From: Octopus bimaculoides
Taxonomy: Eukaryota
DNA length: 64,000 nucleotides
Direction: 5' to 3'
NCBI RefSeq assembly: GCF_001194135.2
Contig: NC_068988.1
Span: 90,808,878-90,872,877, forward strand
The notes below the pieces were generated by a model. The model was not told where the DNA came from. It searched no databases and saw nothing but the letters and a program-made list of their open reading frames with translations. This document shows positions 61,900-64,000 of this stretch, one piece after another. The position numbers and the translations under genes are program-made. Position 1 is the stretch's first letter, and every line of letters begins with the position of its first letter.

Positions 61900-63735
61900 C
61901 CAGTATACAATTTGAGGGCTGCAAACATCAACGTTGCCACACTAAAGGGGAGATCTGTTGAGATTGTCAAAATGATGGAGCGTTGTCATGTTGATGTTTG
62001 TGGTGTGCAAGAAGTGAGATGGAAAGGAGCCTGTACTAGATTCCTTGTGGGTAAGAAGCAGAGGTTTAAATTCTTTTGGGTAGGCAGGAGTGATGGAGTG
62101 GGTGGTGTAGGCATACTCTTAGCAGAAAAGTGGGTAGATAATGTAACTGAGGTAGTCAGAGTGTGCAAAAGGGTTATTAAGTTGAGACTTATAGATAGAT
62201 TAACAATTACATTTATCTCTGCCTATGCTCCACAGGCTGGGTTAGTCGATGATCAGAAGGACTGATTCTATGAGGTCCTTTTGCAAACTACCCCAATGAC
62301 AAATGACAGAGACTTTGTTATTGTGGCTGGTGACTTTAATGGACATATTGGGCAGCATTCCCATGAATTCCATGGTGTGCATGGTGGTTATGGCTTTGGT
62401 ACCAGGAATGAGGAAGGTATAAGGCTATTTGAGTTCTGTGATGCAAATGATCTTATGGTCTGCAAAACTAACTTTAGAAAGCTAGACACCAAATTACTTA
62501 TCAGTCTGGTAGGAATATAAGCCAGGTTGATTACCTTCTCACCAGACAAGGGGACAAGCAGATGCTCACAAATGCAAAGTCTTTCCCAGGTGAAGTGTCT
62601 ACACCCCAACATAAGCTACTAGTTAGTGACTTCAGAATTAAGGCTAGGGAGACTCAAAGACATAAACCATGTTGGAAAAGAAGATTATGGGAGCTCAAAG
62701 ACCCAGCAAATCAACAACAATTTAGATACATTCTGCTGGAGGCTTCTGATGATAGAGAGGAGGAGGAGGAGGAAGGGACATATAACTTAGAGGACAACTG
62801 GAAATTCCTGCAGGACAATTTACTGGGTGCCGCTGACCAAATCCATGGTTGATGCAGGCCAGAGTGACTTGGTGTGGAACAAGGAGGTGGATAGTGCTAT
62901 AGAAGCAAAGAAATAGGCTTTGAAGGACTGGAAAAAATGGTGGCAGCAAAGCATTATATCAGGGAGCCTGGGTGACAGGTTTGCATGGCGAAAGGAATAG
63001 CAGAAGGTAAGAAGTTTGCTGATATTATGCAGCATGAGGATCAGAGGCATGACGCGTTCAGGATTGCAAAGCAGTGTATCAGAGAGAATAGAGATGTGGT
63101 AGGTGAGAAATGTGTGCAAATGGATAATGGTATGCTTGCACTTAGTGACTCAGAGAAGAAAGATGCATGGAAGTGTCACTATTAAAGATTGTAAAATATA
63201 ATGATTGGTAGAAGGAGAGTTTTTTAAATATTGAGGGACCAGCTATCAGAGTGGATAGCAGTACAATAGATAAGGCAATTAAGAAAATGAAGACTGTGAA
63301 AGCCCCTGGACCATCGGGTATCACTGCTATGACGATTAAAATATTAGATGGTGTGGGACACAGCCTAGTCACTCACATGGTTAAACAGGTTATTCAGAAA
63401 GGTGTCAGAAAGGTGTCATCTCCAAAGACTGGTATAGCAGTGTTATATAGTCAGCCGTTTAAGGGTAAAGGTGATGCCTAAGATAGAAACAACTACAGAG
63501 GTATCAAACTGCTGGATCAGCTGTAAAAATCATGTCAAAACTAACCACATCTATGCTAGTGCCACATAAAAAGCACCGAGTCCACTCTGCAGAGTGGTTG
63601 GTGTTAGGAAGGGCATCCAGCCGTAAAATCCCTGCCAAAACAGACACAGCAGCCTAGGGTAGTTTTTCTACCTGGCCTGCTCCTGTCAACTGTTCTACTC
63701 ATGCATGCATGAAAGATGGACATTAAACAATGATG
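61900..63735 (+). mobile_element. RTE LINE with an AP-endonuclease domain, RT deleted, fused to a family A tail
   Basis: NVATLKGRS...DVCGVQEVRW...GGVGILL...SAYAPQ...AGDFNGHIG...RNEEG, then KAPGPSGI and KGKGDA*DRNNYRGIKLLDQ, jumping to the 3'-UTR unit at ~63520. Confidence 0.92.
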
Positions 63736-63750
63736 ATCTCACACACACAC

Positions 63751-63895
63751 TTTTTATTCAAGCAGAAAAATCTTCAGAAACTGTTATTCAGAATTTCAAG
63801 TTACCATTTGTCAGACAATTGTAATCATAACTGTCTGACAAACTGTAACATGAAACTCTAAGGAACAGTTTAAGATTTTTCAGCTTGAATAAAAA
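63751..63895. repeat. Imperfect ~70-bp-arm palindrome
   Basis: ttttattcaagcagaaaaatctt...tttgtcagaca versus tgtctgacaaa...aagatttttcagcttgaataaaa. Confidence 0.8.
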
Positions 63896-64000
63896 AGCAC
63901 ATTACTCCACCTTTGGTATTTAAGTACTATTTTTTCCACATTGTTTTGAATTTATGCACTTACTTATGTGTGTGTATGTGTGTATGTGTGTGTGTGTGTG

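Overview
This is an AT-rich, microsatellite-laden, repeat-dense animal genomic window from a draft assembly with about 10 N-gaps. The repeat landscape suggests an octopus (coleoid cephalopod); that is inferred from recalled SINE/RTE repeat families, not from a database search. No intact protein-coding gene, rRNA, true tRNA gene or CRISPR array is recognisable, and most ORF-track entries are microsatellite, gap or repeat artefacts. The window contains: (i) at least five tRNA-headed SINE families, labelled B, C, D, E and I here, plus an RTE 3'-UTR-derived family A; (ii) decayed LINEs of CR1-, L2/Daphne-, RTE- and R4/Dong-type; (iii) a 5'-truncated Penelope-like element with a GIY-YIG C-terminus, inverted and direct pseudo-LTRs, a minimal hammerhead ribozyme and a tRNA-like Pol III promoter in the pseudo-LTR; (iv) DNA transposon remnants and MITEs (mariner, Tc1, Tigger, piggyBac, hAT, Merlin/MULE-like, unclassified foldback); and (v) a Gypsy integrase fragment. 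A weakly supported chain of small minus-strand exons (12893-12920, 10502-10590, 5644-5671) and a CpG-retaining segment with a splice donor at 45591 suggest that much of the window may be intronic in a large minus-strand gene. The most interesting signals are the Pol III-promoter plus hammerhead Penelope terminus (14.1-14.8 kb), two R4-clade insertions flanked on both sides by (TACA)n, and a same-orientation head-to-tail SINE pile-up at 35.3-39.5 kb. Coordinates of decayed repeats are approximate (about +/-10-30 bp) unless TSD/TIR boundaries are quoted.
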